Shown here: piece by piece, positions 12,889 through 27,244 of the stretch
Layout: every line of letters begins with the position of its first letter
Position numbering within the stretch: position 1 is the first letter of the stretch
NCBI RefSeq assembly: GCF_032444005.1
Contig: NC_091287.1
Location: 68,634,001-68,698,000 of the forward strand
Direction: 5' to 3'
Source of the DNA: Ranitomeya imitator
Taxonomy: Eukaryota
Length of the DNA: 64,000 nt
Program-made: the position numbers and the translations under genes
The notes under the pieces: model-generated
What the model was told of the DNA's origin: nothing
What the model saw: only the letters and a program-made list of their open reading frames with translations
Database searches by the model: none

Positions 12889-15800
12889 TATTTTTTATAT
12901 TAATGGAATTTCCTTGATGTTCTGTATAAATGCTTTTTAGTTTAACATGTTAACAGTGAAGACAGGATCTGAGGCTTACAGGTGTGTTCCTGTTCCTTGT
13001 GAGTTCTCAGCTATGCACAGAGAGGATGATACACATGGAATGGAACTTGCCGACATGTGTGAGTAAAATCCGCAGCGGATTACAGTCTCAGACGAGTACG
13101 TGAGATTTTACAATAGTGAACAGAACTTATTAAGTTTTGCTATCTAAACCTTTAAATTCTACCTACATACATCCCACTATTATTAAAGATTGTACTTTAT
13201 ATAAATATTAGAAATCAGCCTTTTTCTTTCCAGAAATGAGAAGCATAGAAGCTCTTTGTGCACAATTACATTGACATTGCTGCAGATCTCAGAACTTGAC
13301 TTCATATAGAAATACAATCTCCATAGCAAACCTAATTCCTGGCGCCCCAATCAGAGCGCACATTAACAATGACTGGAGAGAAATGATCACAGGTGTGCAG
13401 TTTTGTAAAACACATAAAATGTATCATTTACTCTGCTTAGAAAGCAACTAAGCGGAATGATTGCACAGTGCAGGCGAGATACAGTCATCCAAAAAAATGG
13501 GGTTTATGTGACCATGCCATGGTGGGAATATTCAGGCAATCCAATATGACTGGCACAAATAAAATGTCCGATTATCATATTTTTTGCAATGTTAGTTTTT
13601 TAAACTATGTCCAGGATATTTACGGCTTCTACAAACTGTGATTTCTAACAGTTTCTATTTCTAAAGTCCTATATATATATGAGTACCACATTTTGGCTTA
13701 ATGAGTCTTATGGTTATTTGAGCTCTAATCGCATCACGTCTATGGACATTATATACTGTATACCCTGGAATGCTTATATTATAGATGCCGGCGACGATGA
13801 AACAAATTAAATTCATCTAGCTAATATTTTTTTTAGATTGGTACCATAAGATGGCATGAGGTAGAATACTACTCTATTTCATCCCCTTGTTTAGAGGTCA
13901 CCCAAACGGAGGCTGAAAGTTCACTATTTGGAACACTGTAGTTCCAGTGTAACCATATGTTTAAATTTTGCCTCAATTTTAGAAAATGAAAATGAAAAAA
14001 TTTGCAACTTGACCACACTTTATGAACGTTGTTAATCTTCTATTCTGTGTAGGTGACTCATGCAGTTATTCTAATAAATAACATTTTAAAGTTTAGAATT
14101 TAACCTTACTACCTATAATATAACGATTTGTTCAAATTGGTAACCCAATTTATTTATTCTTCATTTCTAATGTAGCAAGAACATGTTCAGATGCTCTTTA
14201 CGGAGACTGACATCAGGCCCTATCCCAAAAAACAAGTGGTGCAATATACAAGGAAATAAAGTGCAACATGTGCACATCAACCAAGACCACCCATGGTAAA
14301 GGTTACCCTGTGGTAAACATGTGAATCAATAGGGCTGCTGTTCCACCCACTGGATCCCTCACAGGTTCCAGAACATGTTGAAGAGGGGAGTTTGAGGTAA
14401 TCTTACAGTGCTGCCCACAAACATCCAGTCCAGACCGAGAAAAGTGTTTTTTTTAATTTTATTTGCCTTTCAATTTCAGAGCAATTCCTGATCCTTGTTC
14501 AGACAAGCATATCCTTGCCTGAAGAAGAAAAAGAAACAGCAACAGCTCTGAAATGCGTAGCAAGTAAAGTTTTTAAAAAATACTTTTCTCGGTCTGGGCT
14601 GGATGTTCGTGGGCTGGATGTTCGTGGGCAGCGCTGTAAGATCATTTCAACCAGAAACTTCCCCCTAAAAAACAAGTGGTGTAAGTTGATGTTCATTGGC
14701 TCCAATGTACAATCTCCAACAGGTTCCCAAATTATCATGGATCTTTAATAGTATTGGTCTTCTCATACGGCCTTTAGACCACCACTCTAGGGACTGCGTG
14801 CATCTACAAACCCTGTACCCACTATGGTAATGCACATGAATGAGACATCATCATTATGTCCCCGACCTCAGGCCAACAAACTAGGTCTAGAAAACAAAGA
14901 ATCTATCAGTATGTTTTTTAACCAAAACCAACCAACAATTTAAAGAACACACAACCTTTATACAGATGTTGTACTTGGCTGGTTTTAAACCCAAATCCTT
15001 GCTAGAAACATGTGCTAACCGCTGAGGTATTGTGATGCATTCATTCTCCTTACAACCTCCTTCATCCCAGTGTTCAATATCCACTTTTGGTCCAGAAAGT
15101 GCTACCTTCCAGTAAGTGCTCAGGTCACACTAGTGCTAGCTGTTTATATGCTAAACCTAAAAAACAGAAACATTCTGGCTCAGGCACATATGCTTCTTAA
15201 GTTACCAATGCATTTGATAAAAAATCTATGGTATAACTGAGAAAAGTATAAAAAGTCTATTAGAATCCAGCACTTATATTATATCCTTTTAGCATCTTAC
15301 TATTATGACTTAGTATATGTGATTACATTAACATAACCTTCCTAAGACTGCACTACCAAAAGAAGGATCAATCTAGAAAGAACATCAAAAATGGATTAAA
15401 AATATTTTTTATTATTTAATTTTTTATTAAATAATACAAAAAAAATAAAAATAATAATAATAAATAAATAAAAAGTGAAAGTAGTTAGCAATAGACGGAT
15501 TCATACTATAGGGAGTCAACTAGAAAGAAAAACAAAATTATATGATAATTTCCAAATTTGTAACATGATTAGAAGTGCACCAATAAAGTATTCATACCAA
15601 TGGAAAAAACCCTATGCAAAATGTGCTATGGGATGGAGTGGTGGGTCTAGCACTTCCACTTTATTATGAGTAAGCACCTGATGTTACTAATGATACAGAG
15701 GAGAATAGTCTACAAGCGATTGATTTTTTTTTTATCAGAACAAATTTGCTCTAATCAGTTGGCATTTTCAGTTTGGTGTAAATAAAAAGTGCCCCAATTT

Positions 15801-16472
15801 ACATGAAAATATTTTTAATATGCGCTGAGTAAAAAAAAAATGTTATGCTCACCTGCTGTAGGCTTCCTCCTGGTGACTCACATCGGCTCTACAGCTTCCC
15901 TGTTCCTCTGTACGGGACTTCAGTTCTTTCAGCGCGGAGTACCACGCATTCACATTGGGGGCACATTATGTCGTTGACGTCAGTGATACGTCTCACCCCC
16001 AACATGACCGCTTTAACCCCAGTGCCAGAAGAACTGAAATGAAGACCCATGCAAATGACCAGACAATTTTCAGCACAGGTGCTTAAAGCAGTAAATTGAA
16101 GGTCTGTTATAGGTTCTCTGGTGACCTATGCCATAGGTCAGGGTGAGAAGCAAGGACTGGAGGCAATGATGCAATGGAAAGAGAATGTGGATCAGTGATG
16201 ACGAGGGAAGCTGGATATTCAGGATGGCAGATGGGCAAGCTGGCAGGAAGTTACATACAAAAATAGCAGAGAAGAATATGAATTCTCTCCGGACTGCGCT
16301 ATGAAGTAGTAGTTAGATTCAGAACAGTATGTAGGAGTTTCAGGCAAGATGGTTGGCTGGTGCAGACTTGAGAGGAAGATGAAGTTGACTCCTACAAAAG
16401 CACATTGTGGAAGGTGCCATATTTAATGAATGCTCAGTTAATTCATGGCTGCTTGAGTTTAAGGAGGCCTTA

Positions 16473-17269
16473 TGTTATGATGCGGTGGTCTAGGAGCAAC
16501 ATGGAACGAGCTCTGAGGGAAGTGGTAACTGTACTGACCGCAGTCCCTAAGCTCAACACAACACTAGAAGTAGCCGTGGAATGTTCCTAACTCTCCCTAG
16601 GCATCTCGTCACAGCCTAAGAGCTAACTACCCCTAAAGACAGAAGCAGGAAAACTATCTTGCCTCAGAGAAAATCCCCAAAGGATAGATTAGCCCCCCAC
16701 AAATAATGACTGTGAGTGGAGAGGAAAAAGACATACACAGAATGAAACCAGGATGAGCACAGGAGGCCAGTCTAGCTTGGTAGATAGGACAGGATGGAAT
16801 ACTGTGTGGTCAGTATAAAACACTACAAAAATCCACGCAGAGTTTACTAAAAATCTCCACACCTGACTAAAGGTGTGGAGGGTAAATCTGCTTCCCAGAG
16901 CTTCCAGCAAGACAGAATTAATTCATACTGATAACGCTGGACAAACATAGAAAGCACTGAACGGATAAGTCCACAATCTGTGAACAGAAAAGCGCAAGCA
17001 AAAACTTAGCTTTGCTGAACTGGTCACGATAACAGGGAAATCCAAAGAGATGTGAATCCAACCAGGAACCATTTACAAGTGGCACTGGCTGAAGGAACAG
17101 CCAGGCCTAAATAGCCAAGCAGAAGAGACGATAAGTGGAGGCAGCTGAAGACAGCTAACTCCAAGGAGCAGCCATACCACTTGAAACCACAAGAGGGAGC
17201 CCAAGAGCAGAACTCACAAAAGTGCCACTTACAACCACCGGAGGGAGCCCAAGAGCGGAATTCACAACA
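16473..17269 (-). mobile_element. Solo LTR (797 bp), Ty3/Gypsy family
   Basis: TGT...ACA termini and 5-bp TSD CCTTA (16468-16472 / 17270-17274). Homologous to 21893-22687 and to the ends of the Gypsy LTRs; the strand is inferred from those. Confidence 0.92.
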
Positions 17270-17976
17270 CCTTAAAAGGCTTTGGATGGTGACATGATTA
17301 TTTAGTTACCAGGAAAACCAAAAGGCGCAATGGTATAGAGGGAGCCTGCCATAGGCGAGGGGAGCAAGGCCAGGCACTGGAGAAGGGACAAATGAGCAAT
17401 GCAGCTTATGTCAAATAAGCATAACATTTTTTAATTCTTTTATTTAATCCCTTACTGGCCCTATAAACAATTTAGAAAAATGGCTGTCAGCTATCTGCTA
17501 TTTTTCCGCATTGATGCAAAGCTGAACATTCCTGTATAATGGGGACTTGGGAGAGATAGTTGTTAGCCAAACAATTATTCGGCCAACAGCTATCCAATGT
17601 TGCATAGGAGCTTTAAGACTTCAATCCTATCCTAAATGGATTTACAATTGTGTTAATGCACATGTACAGTATATCTCTACAGAAAAAACTGACCAGCACC
17701 TCCGAACAGAAGAAAGCAAGTGCAAACAGATGCAAGCTGCTATGACTGCATAATATACAGCTAAAAGAATATAGAAGCACGCCATAAATGCTAAGATGTA
17801 AAACATTAAATATCTGATATTTGAATTTCATTATTTCTATATAAAATATACATAGCAATGAAAGTACTTAGCGCATAAATTGGCCAATTCATGTGAGCCC
17901 ATCAGCCATGACAAGGAAAACCTCCTCCGAGCGAAAAACCTACAAATTACTATAACTAGAAATGTTGTATCACCAC

Positions 17977-18427
17977 TAGGGTTGAGCGACCTTGACTTTT
18001 TTAGCGTCGAGCCGGGTTTCGCGAAACCCGACTATCTCAAAAGTCGAGTCGAGTGAAATCGGCCGATTATGGCGAAAAGTCGAGGATCGACCGAAACACG
18101 AAACCCAATGGGAATCTCTCTCTCTCTCTCCTCCGTCCGTCCCTGAACTGAAAAGCTGGTGTTACACAGTGCAAATCGCTACAGCGCACAAGCGACAACA
18201 TGGCGATAGGCGTCCACGCCCCTAAGACCTATGTCATCACTCTGCCCACGCCCCTTCATTGGCTGAAAAAAATGGCGCCAAGCGCGTCATACGAAACGCG
18301 ACTTTGACGCGAAAGTCGCGTACCGCATGGCCGACCCCACACAGGGATCGGGTCGGGTTTCATGAAACCCGACTTTGCCAAAAGTCGGCGACTTTTGAAA
18401 ATGAACGATCCGTTTCGCTCAACCCTA
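17977..18427. mobile_element. hAT-type MITE (451 bp)
   Basis: TIR TAGGGTTGAGCGA / TCGCTCAACCCTA and 8-bp TSD ATCACCAC / ATCATCAC (7 of 8). The left ~135 bp matches 48854-48990. Confidence 0.9.
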
Positions 18428-19186
18428 ATCATCACCATCCTGTAGTCCTGCTTCTATTTCCAATACGATACAAACGTAACACTATGTGGCCCCAATGGTT
18501 ACCTACTGTAGTGTCATTGTTTTACATGTTGGCTTCTGGGGGTCAGTGCCGTCAGTTGCATATTTTAGACAGTAGTTAATGAATGTAAATATTCACTATT
18601 ATTGGTCAGTTATTTCTATATCCAAAAATGGAATTAAAATAATGAATGTTTTGCTTTACAAAGCAGATATTTTTTGTAAAAAAGTTCAATGTATTGGTAC
18701 AACGGCGCTTTAAATTTGGTAAACATGCCTGTGACAGATGCAAAACCGGTGCATGAACAGTCGCACACATTTCAACAGTCCCTAGAATATTTTTAAGACC
18801 AGATGCTTGCAGCTCGGTGGTGTCTAAATCTAATTTGCATTGTAAACTTAGAAATTGCGTTGGCAACATGCTAATATTGTTATGCCAGCACTATCTCTGT
18901 GCTTATTTAGCAAAAGTCTAAACTGGGCCCACGGTGAGTATTGCAGGAAAATACAGCTGACGACACAGTGCCAATGACCATAAGATAACGCCAGGGATGC
19001 CTGAGGGATCTCCATCAGTAGCGGAAACTTAGCAAACATCTGCACGGATGCTGACAAGCGATTGTGCCTCTGCCATTAGCCTTCTTTTATATAGAGCCAA
19101 TTAGTTTTGATTTATATTTAAAGCAAAGCCCCTAGACATGGAGAGCACTCATTAGTCTATTTGATTTATTTAATGTTGGGAATTTG

Positions 19187-19190
<4 letters not shown>

Positions 19191-19241
<51 letters not shown>
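19191..19241. repeat. (TA)n microsatellite
   Basis: Direct inspection. Confidence 0.98.
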
Positions 19242-19246
<5 letters not shown>

Positions 19247-19311
19247 GGCCATAAGTCAACAAGAAGGAAAAAGCAGAACTTGAAATAAATCAAGAAATAC
19301 TTATATAATAA

Positions 19312-19312
<1 letters not shown>

Positions 19313-19383
<71 letters not shown>

Positions 19384-19385
19384 CA
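19313..19385. repeat. (TATC)n microsatellite
   Basis: Direct inspection. Confidence 0.98.
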
Positions 19386-19950
19386 TCCAATCTGTAGTTT
19401 ATATGTGTAGCTCATGAATTCCATTTTTGTTTTTCTTTTTTAATTCTTTATTTAATGAGAACAAGAAATATAAGCAAAACAATTATAGCAATGAGAATAC
19501 ACATAACTAGTAAACAGAAAAAAATGTAAAATTTTATCTACACAAAGTATGGAAGAAAAAGACAAAACAAAAGGAAACATATCTATGGAACAAGAAGCAG
19601 AAGGTGGATACACTTTAAAGTGGTATGGATGCTATAAATATAAATATTATAATGTAAACTTGAAGTGAAAACCAGCAAGTGATGGGCTGACAAATGATTG
19701 GTTATGAATAGAAGATGAATTTCAACATTATTAATTAGGCGAAGGAGGAGTATTTTAGTGAATAAACAGCGAATAAACAGGGAGGATTAGTTGACTAGGC
19801 AAGCTAAATCAGGAATGTGTATATGGTATTTTCCCAGCTGGAAGTTTCTTCCAAAAGAAAATTTTTAGAAAGCCATTCTTTAAACTCCATTCTTTAACAA
19901 ATCAAGACTATTTTAAGGAATCTGATACAATTAGACTTTTCATACCTATA

Positions 19951-21537
19951 TAGTTAAGGCTGAAAGTATTTGCACCCATGAAATTGTTCCAGAAAATGAA
20001 GTACGGTATTTCTACTTCAAAATTATTGCAATTACACATATATAGTTATACACATGTGCAAAGTATTTCCTTTGTGCGTATTAGAATACAAAGAAACAGA
20101 GAATAAAAGGCAAATTGTACATAATTTCAGAAAAAAAAACAAATGGTCCGGACAAAATGGTTGGTACCCTCAATATAATATTTGGTTCCTTACCCTTTGA
20201 AATAAATATCTGCAATAAAATGCTTCTTATAATCACCAACCAGCTTCTTTCACCTCTCAACTGGAATTTGTGACCACTCCTCATTTGTACACTGTTTCAG
20301 GTCTCTCATATTTGAAGGGTGCTTTCGCTCTAACAGCAATTTTAAAATCTTTCCACAGGTTTCCAAAGAGATTTAGATCTGGACTTTATTGATGGACACT
20401 TTTGAACTCTGCAGAGCTTTATTTCCATCCATTTCTGGTTGTTTCTCGAAGTATGTTTAGGCTCATTGTCCTACTGCAACACCCATGACCTAGGATGCAA
20501 ACCCAACTTTCTGACACTGGGCACTACATTGCGACCCAAAATCCTTTGGTAATCTTCAGATTTCATTATGCTTTGCACACAGTCATGTTACCCAGTGACA
20601 GCGGCAGCAAAACAATCTGAAAAACTTTTTTGAACCTCCACGATATTTGACTGAAGTAGTGTTCTTTTCTTTGTAGGCCTCGTTCCATTTTCCGTAAAGA
20701 GTAGAATGATGTGCTTTACCAAGAAGCTCTATCTTGGTCTCACCTATCCACAAGATGCTTTCCTAGAAGAATTTTAGCTCACTGAAATCTAGCTTTTTTA
20801 ATGTCGCTGTGTCAGCAGTGGGGTTCTCCTCTTTCTCCTGCCATAGCGTTTAATTTTATTCAAATGTTGACGGCTGATATTGATGCATCTTGAGCCTACT
20901 GTACAGCTTGATTTCTTTTGGAAGTTGATTGGGGCTGCTTATCCAGCATCTTAACTATCCGGCGTTGCAACCTTTCATCAATTTTTTTTCTGATGTCCAC
21001 GTCCAGGGTCATGGGTTGTAAACTTCTTGCTGATGTTGCTCACTGTGGACAAAGTAACATCAAGGTCTCTGGAGATGAACTTGTAACCTTGAGACTGTTG
21101 ATATTTTTCAACAATTTTGGTTCTCAAGTCCTCAGATCTCTTCTCTTTCTGTTATCCATGCTTAGTGAGGCACACACAGATGCACAAGGTAAAGATTGAG
21201 TCAACTTCTCCCTTTTTATCTGATTTCAGGTGCGATTTTATATTACCTACAGCTGTTACTTGCCACAGGTGAGTTTAAACGAGCATCACATGCGTAAAAC
21301 AAAGTTGTTTACCCACAATTTTGAAAAGGTGCCAATAGTTTTGTTAGGCGCATTTTGGGGGGTTTCTGTGAAATTATGTCCAATTTGCCTGTTATTCTCA
21401 GTTTTTTTCAGTTGTTCCAATACACAAAGGAAATAAACATGTGTATTACTAAAATGTATAATTGCAATTATTTTCTGGGAGAATTACTTCATTTTCTAGA
21501 ACAATTTCAAAGATGCCAACCCTTTCGGACATGACTG
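19951..21537 (-). mobile_element. Decayed Tc1-like transposon
   Basis: ~200-bp imperfect TIRs (19951-20130 versus 21363-21537). Minus-strand remnants ILWIGETKIELLG (from WSDETKIELFG), IMKSEDYQRIL and VLQ*DNEPKHT, with many stops and frameshifts. Confidence 0.85.
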
Positions 21538-21742
21538 TCCTTCAAGGCATAAATCATATAGGATGTCAACAGCAAGCGATATTGAGCCATCTCAAAAAGA
21601 ATAGACACTGCACACAGGATTTATCAGATATACATCCATTGATTGACTATGGTGGCTATGCCAAGTGGTATGCGCAAAGCAATTTACACCTGTAACAATA
21701 ATTGTATAAGAGGTAAAGTTTATCCTTGTGAAGAGTCCCAAG

Positions 21743-22854
21743 TAGTGATGAATGAGTATGCTCGTTACTCGAGTTTTCCGAGCTTGCTCGGGTGTTCTCC
21801 AAATATTTAAGGTGTGCTCGGAGATTTAGTTTGTGTTGCCGCAGCTGCATGATTTGTGGCTGCTAGACAGCCTGAATTCATGTGGGGATTTCTGTTATGA
21901 TCTGGTGGTTTAGGAGCAACATGGAATGAGCTCTGAAGGAAGTGGTATCTGTACTGACCGCAGTCCCTAAGCTCAACACAACACTAGAAGTAGCCGTGGG
22001 ATGCTCCTAACACTCCCTAGGCACCTCGTCACAGCCTGAGAACTAACTACCCCTAAAGATAGAAACAGGAAAACTATCTTGCCTCATGGAAAATCCCCAA
22101 AGGATAGATAGCCCCCCACAAGTAATGACTGTGAGTGGAGAGGGAAAAGACATACACAGAATGAAACTAGGATGAGCATAGGAGGCCAGTCTAGCTAGAT
22201 AGATAGGACAGGATGGAATACTGTGCGGTCAGTATAAAACACTACAAAAAATCCACACAGAGTTTACAAAAATCTCCACACCTGACTAAAGGTATGGAGG
22301 GTAAATCTGCTTCCCAGAGCTTCCAGCATCACATAATTAATTCATACTGACAAGCTGGACAAACATAGAAAGCACAGAACGGATAAGTCCACAACCTGTG
22401 GACAGAAAAGAGAAAGCAAGGACTTAGCTTTGCTGAACTGGTCAGGATAACAGGGAAATCCAAAGAGATGTGAATCCAACCAGGAACCATTGACAAGTGG
22501 CACAAGCTGAAGGAAAGAGCCAAGCTAAATAGCCGAGCAGAAAAGACAATCAGTGGAAGCAGCTGCTGACAGCTAAATCCAAGGAGCAGCCATTCCACTT
22601 AAAACCACCGGAGGGAGCCCAAGAGCAGAACTCACAAAAGTGCCACTTACAACCACCGGAGGGAGCCCAAGAGCGGAATTCACAACAGATTTCCTAACAA
22701 ACAGACAATTCCCACATGCATTCAGGCTGTCTAGCAGCCGCAAATCATGCAGCTGCAGCAACACAAACTAAATCTCCAAGCATGCCCAAAATACTTGGAG
22801 AACACCCGAGCATGCTCGGAAAACCCGACTAATAAGCATACTCACTCATCACTA
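21743..22854. mobile_element. Palindromic hAT-type MITE (~310 bp net) interrupted by a solo LTR
   Basis: TAGTGATGA...TCATCACTA termini and perfect 8-bp TSD GTCCCAAG (21735-21742 / 22855-22862). Confidence 0.92.
21893..22687 (-). mobile_element. Solo LTR (795 bp), same subfamily as 16473-17269
   Basis: TGT...ACA termini, flanked on both sides by GATTTC (6 bp: 21887-21892 / 22688-22693). Confidence 0.92.
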
Positions 22855-23513
22855 GTCCCAAGTCTACATAAAGAGACTGATGGGCCATGCAATGTTCTCC
22901 TGAAAATTTAAAGATTCAAAAGCCTTTTTTGAGAGAAAGAGGACAGGAACTTTAGTCTCACCTATAGGAAGTAGCAATCCTAGAAGTTAATATCAATCCT
23001 TTAAAGAGCCTGGACACAGGTGTGTTCTTGTTCAACAATGGACTAAAAAGCGCATAGAAGGCAAACGGTGCAAACATTTTTAAGGAAACCCAATTGCAGA
23101 AATGATTTGAGCCCTAAATTTATGCATTTAAAGGGGTTATCTGATATTTTTATTTTTTATTGTTTCTCGCCTATCCTTAGGATAGGTCATCTATACCTGT
23201 TCGATGGATGTGCAACACATGGCACTTCAGCCAATCAGCTGTTCCTGGTACCTGTGGCAGTTGGGTGTGTTCAGTCACCGATGTGATTGAGGAACTGCAC
23301 TCACCACTCAGTCAAGTGTGTAGTGACCACAGCGGGGTATTGCACATCTGCCCCTACATACATGAATAGGGGTGGATCTGTAGTATCCAGCTCTGGCGAC
23401 TATATGGTTAACGGACCAATGCCATTCCTCAACTGAGCATATACATCTTCTGCTGGCACCAGAAGTAGCTGATCAAGCGGTGGTGCCGGGTGTCTGGTAT
23501 AGATGACCTACCC

Positions 23514-24245
23514 TGTTATGATCCGGTGACCTTGGAGCTGCATGAGAACTTTCACTGGAGAAAGTGGCCAATATACTGACCACAATCCTGAACTTAACAC
23601 CGCTACTAGAAATAGCCATGGAGTGTACCTAACACACCTAGACACCTCGTCACAGCCGGAAGACTAAATACCCCTAAAGATGGAAATTGGAATACTATCT
23701 TTCCTCAGAGAAAATCCCCAAAGGATAGACAGCCCCCCACAAATATTGGTGGTGAGTCGGAGAGGAAAAAACATACACAGGCAGAAAAAAAGGATTTAGC
23801 ACAGGAGACCACTCTAGCTAGATAGGACAGGATAGGACAGAGTTCTGTGCGGTCAGTATTAAAACCCTTCAAAACATCCACAGCAGAATATACAAAAAAA
23901 CTTCCTGCATCTAAGTAAAAGATGTAGGAGCGTAAATCTGCAACTCCAGTGAATCCTACAAACAGAGCAGGAATAAAACTGAAACAAGCACACAGCAGTG
24001 TGCCACAGACACAAAAACAAAACACTTATCTTTGCTGAAATTGGCAGCAAGCAGGAGAAGCCAGAAAGTGATCCAACACTTCACAAGGAACATTGACAAC
24101 TGGCAAGGGCTAAAGGATCCTGCACACCTAAATATCCCAGTCAGAATTGTAATCATCCGATACACCTGGCCAGGACTGCGAGTCAGAGACAACTGCATTC
24201 CCACCTACAACCACTGGGGGGAACCCAAGAGCAGAATTCACAACA
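23514..24245 (-). repeat. LTR1 (3' LTR, complete, 732 bp)
   Basis: TGTTATGA...CACAACA, adjacent to the PPT. Confidence 0.95.
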
Positions 24246-24249
24246 GTAC

Positions 24250-27244
24250 CCCCCCTTGAGGAGGGGTCACCGAACCCTCACCAGGGCCCCCAGAACGATC
24301 AGGACGAGCCAGATGAAAGGCACGGACCAAATCAGCAGCATGGACATCAGAGGCAAAAGCAACCCACTAGCACGGGAACAACAAGGCTTGACCCGCGCAC
24401 AAGTCCCACAGGACTGCACAAAAGAACGCACATCACGTGACAATGAAGGCCACCAAAAGGACCTACCAACCAAATCTCTGGTACCAAAAATGCCAGGATG
24501 ACCGGCCAACACGGAACAGTGAACCTCAGAAATCACTCTACTATTCCATCTGTCAGGAACAAACAATTTCCCCACAGGACAGCGGTCAGGTTTGTCAGCC
24601 TGAAATTCCTGAAGAACCCATCGTAAATCAGGGGAAATGGCAGAAAGGACCACCCCCTCTTTCAGAATACCGACCGGCTCTAAGACCTCAGGAGAATCAG
24701 GCAAAAAACTCCTAGAGAGGGCATCAGCCTTAATATTCTTAGAACCCGGAAGGTACGAGACCACAAAATCAAAACGGGAAAAAAACAAGGACCATCGAGC
24801 CTGTCTAGGATTCAGCCGTTTAGCAGACTCGAGGTAAATTAAATTCTTATGATCGGTCAAGACCACAATACGGTGCTTAGCTCTCTCAAGCCAATGTTGC
24901 CACTCCTCAAATGCCCACTTCATAGCCAACAACTCCCGATTGCCGACATCATAATTGCGTTCAGCAGGCAAAAACTAACGGGAAAAGAAGGCACACGGTT
25001 TCATTAAGGAACCAACAGGATCCCTCTGAGACAAAACGGCCCCCGCCCCAATCTCAGAAGCGTCAACCTCAACCTGAAACGGAGGAGAAACATCCGGTTG
25101 GCGCAACACTGGAGCAGAAATAAATCGACGTTTAAGCTCCTGAAAGGCAAAGACAGCCGCAGAGGACCAATTCGCCACATCAGCGCTTTTCTTCGTCAAA
25201 TCGGTCAAGGGTTTAACCACGCTGGAAAAATTAGCAATGAAATGGCGATAAAAATTTGCAAAACCCAAAAATTTCTGAAGGCTCTTCACGGATGTGGGCT
25301 GAATCCAATCATGAATGGCCTGAATCTTAACCGGATCCATCTCTATAGACGAAGGAGAAAAAATGAAGCCCAAAAAAGAGACTTTCTGCACCACAAAGAG
25401 ACACTTAGACCCTTTCACAAACAGGGCATTGTCACGAAGGATCTGAAATACCATCCTGACCTGTTGCACATGAGACTCCCAATCATTGGAAAAAATCAAT
25501 ATATCGTCCAAATATACAATCAAGAATTTATCAAGATAAGTCCGGACGATATCAGGCATGAAGGACTGAAAAACAGATGGAGCATTAGAGAGTCCGAATG
25601 GCATCACAAGGTATTCAAAATGGCCTTCGGGCGTGTTAAACGCAGTTTTCCATTCATCACCATGCTTAATACGAACAAGATTATATGCCCCTCGAAGGTC
25701 AATCTTGGTAAACCAACTAGCTCCCTTAATTCTAGCAAACAAATCGGAAAGCAAAGGTAAATGGTATTGAAACTTGACCATGATTTTATTCAAGAGGCGA
25801 TAATCTATACAGGGTCTCAAGGAACCATCTTTTTTAGCAACAAAAAAGAACCCCGCTCCCAACGGTGAAGAAGATGGCCGAATATGCCCTTTCTCCAAAG
25901 ACTCCTTAATATAGCTCCGCATGGTGGTATGTTCAGGCACAGATAGATTAAAAAGTCAACCCTTAGGAAACTTACAGCCTGGAATCAAGTCAATAGCACA
26001 ATCACAGTCCCTGTGCGGTGGAAGAAAACTGAACTTGGGCTCATCGAATACATCCTGAAAATCAGACAAAAACTCTGGAATTTCAGAAGGTGAAGAAGAG
26101 GAGATTGACATCAAAGGAACATCATTATGAACCCCCTGACAACCCCAACTAGTCACAGACATGGACTTCCAGTCCAACCCAGGATTATGTACCTGCAACC
26201 ATGGAAAACCCAGCACGATAACATCATGCAAGTTATGCAACACCAGAAATCGACAATCTTCCTGATGGGCTGGCGCCATGCGCATGGTTACCTGTGTCCA
26301 AAACTGGGGTTTATTTCTAGCCAAGGGTGTAGCATCAATGCCCCTTAAAGGAATAGGGTTCTGCAAAGGCTGCAAGGGAAAACCACAACACTTGGCAAAC
26401 TCAAAATCCATTAAATTCAAGACGGCGCCTGAATCCACAAACGCCATGACAGAAAATGATGACAATGAGCAGATCAAGGACACAGATAACAGAAATTTAG
26501 GTTGTACAGTACTGATGGTAATTGAACTAGCGATCCTCTTTGTCTGCTTAGGGCAGACAGAAATGACATGAGAAGCGTCGCCACAATAGTAACACAACCT
26601 ATTTTGATGTCTGAAACCTTGTCATTCCGTTCTAGACAGAATTCTATCACATTGCATAGGCTCAGAAATTTGCTCTGAGGATAACGCCACAGCGCACACA
26701 GTTCTGCGCTCCCGCAAGCGCCGGTCAATCTGAATGGCCAGAGACATAGAATCACTCAGACCGGAAGGCGTGGGAAACCCCACCATAACATCTTTAACGG
26801 ATTCAGAAAGCCCCCTTCTGAAAATTGCTGCCAAAGCATCATTATTCCATTTAGTCAACACAGACCATTTTCTGAATTTCTGACAATACAATTCTGCCGC
26901 CTCTTGACCCTGAGACAGGGCCAACAAGGTCTTCTCAGCTTGATCCACAGAATTAGGTTCATCATATAGTAGCCCTAAAGCCTGAAAAAAGGAGTCAATA
27001 TTAAGCAAAGCCAGATACCCAGATTCCAGGGAAAACGCCCAATCCTGCGGGTCACCACGCAGCAGGGAGATTACGATTTTTATCTGCTGAATGGAATCAC
27101 CAGAGGATCGAGGTCTCAGGTCAAAAAACAGTTTACAGTTGATTTTAAGACTCAAAAATTTAGACCTGTCACCAGAAAACAAATCAGGAGTAGGAATCTT
27201 CGGTTCAAAAGCAGGAGTCTGAACAATATAATCAGAAATACCTT
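24250..27244 (-). pseudogene. gag-pol unit 1 (gag, CCHC knuckle, protease, RT, RNase H, integrase Zn finger; integrase core deleted)
   Basis: One reading frame with premature stops at 26622, 25956 and 24975. Motifs: [47 protein letters not shown] and HCSVLAGH..CGTC. Confidence 0.95.

Noticed and set aside
14480-14563. Possible host exon (TTTCAG acceptor, QFLILVQTSISLPEEEKETATALKCVA, GTAAAG donor)
   Set aside because: The peptide is unrecognised, the donor is weak and there are no partner exons. It would need RNA-seq or tBLASTn.
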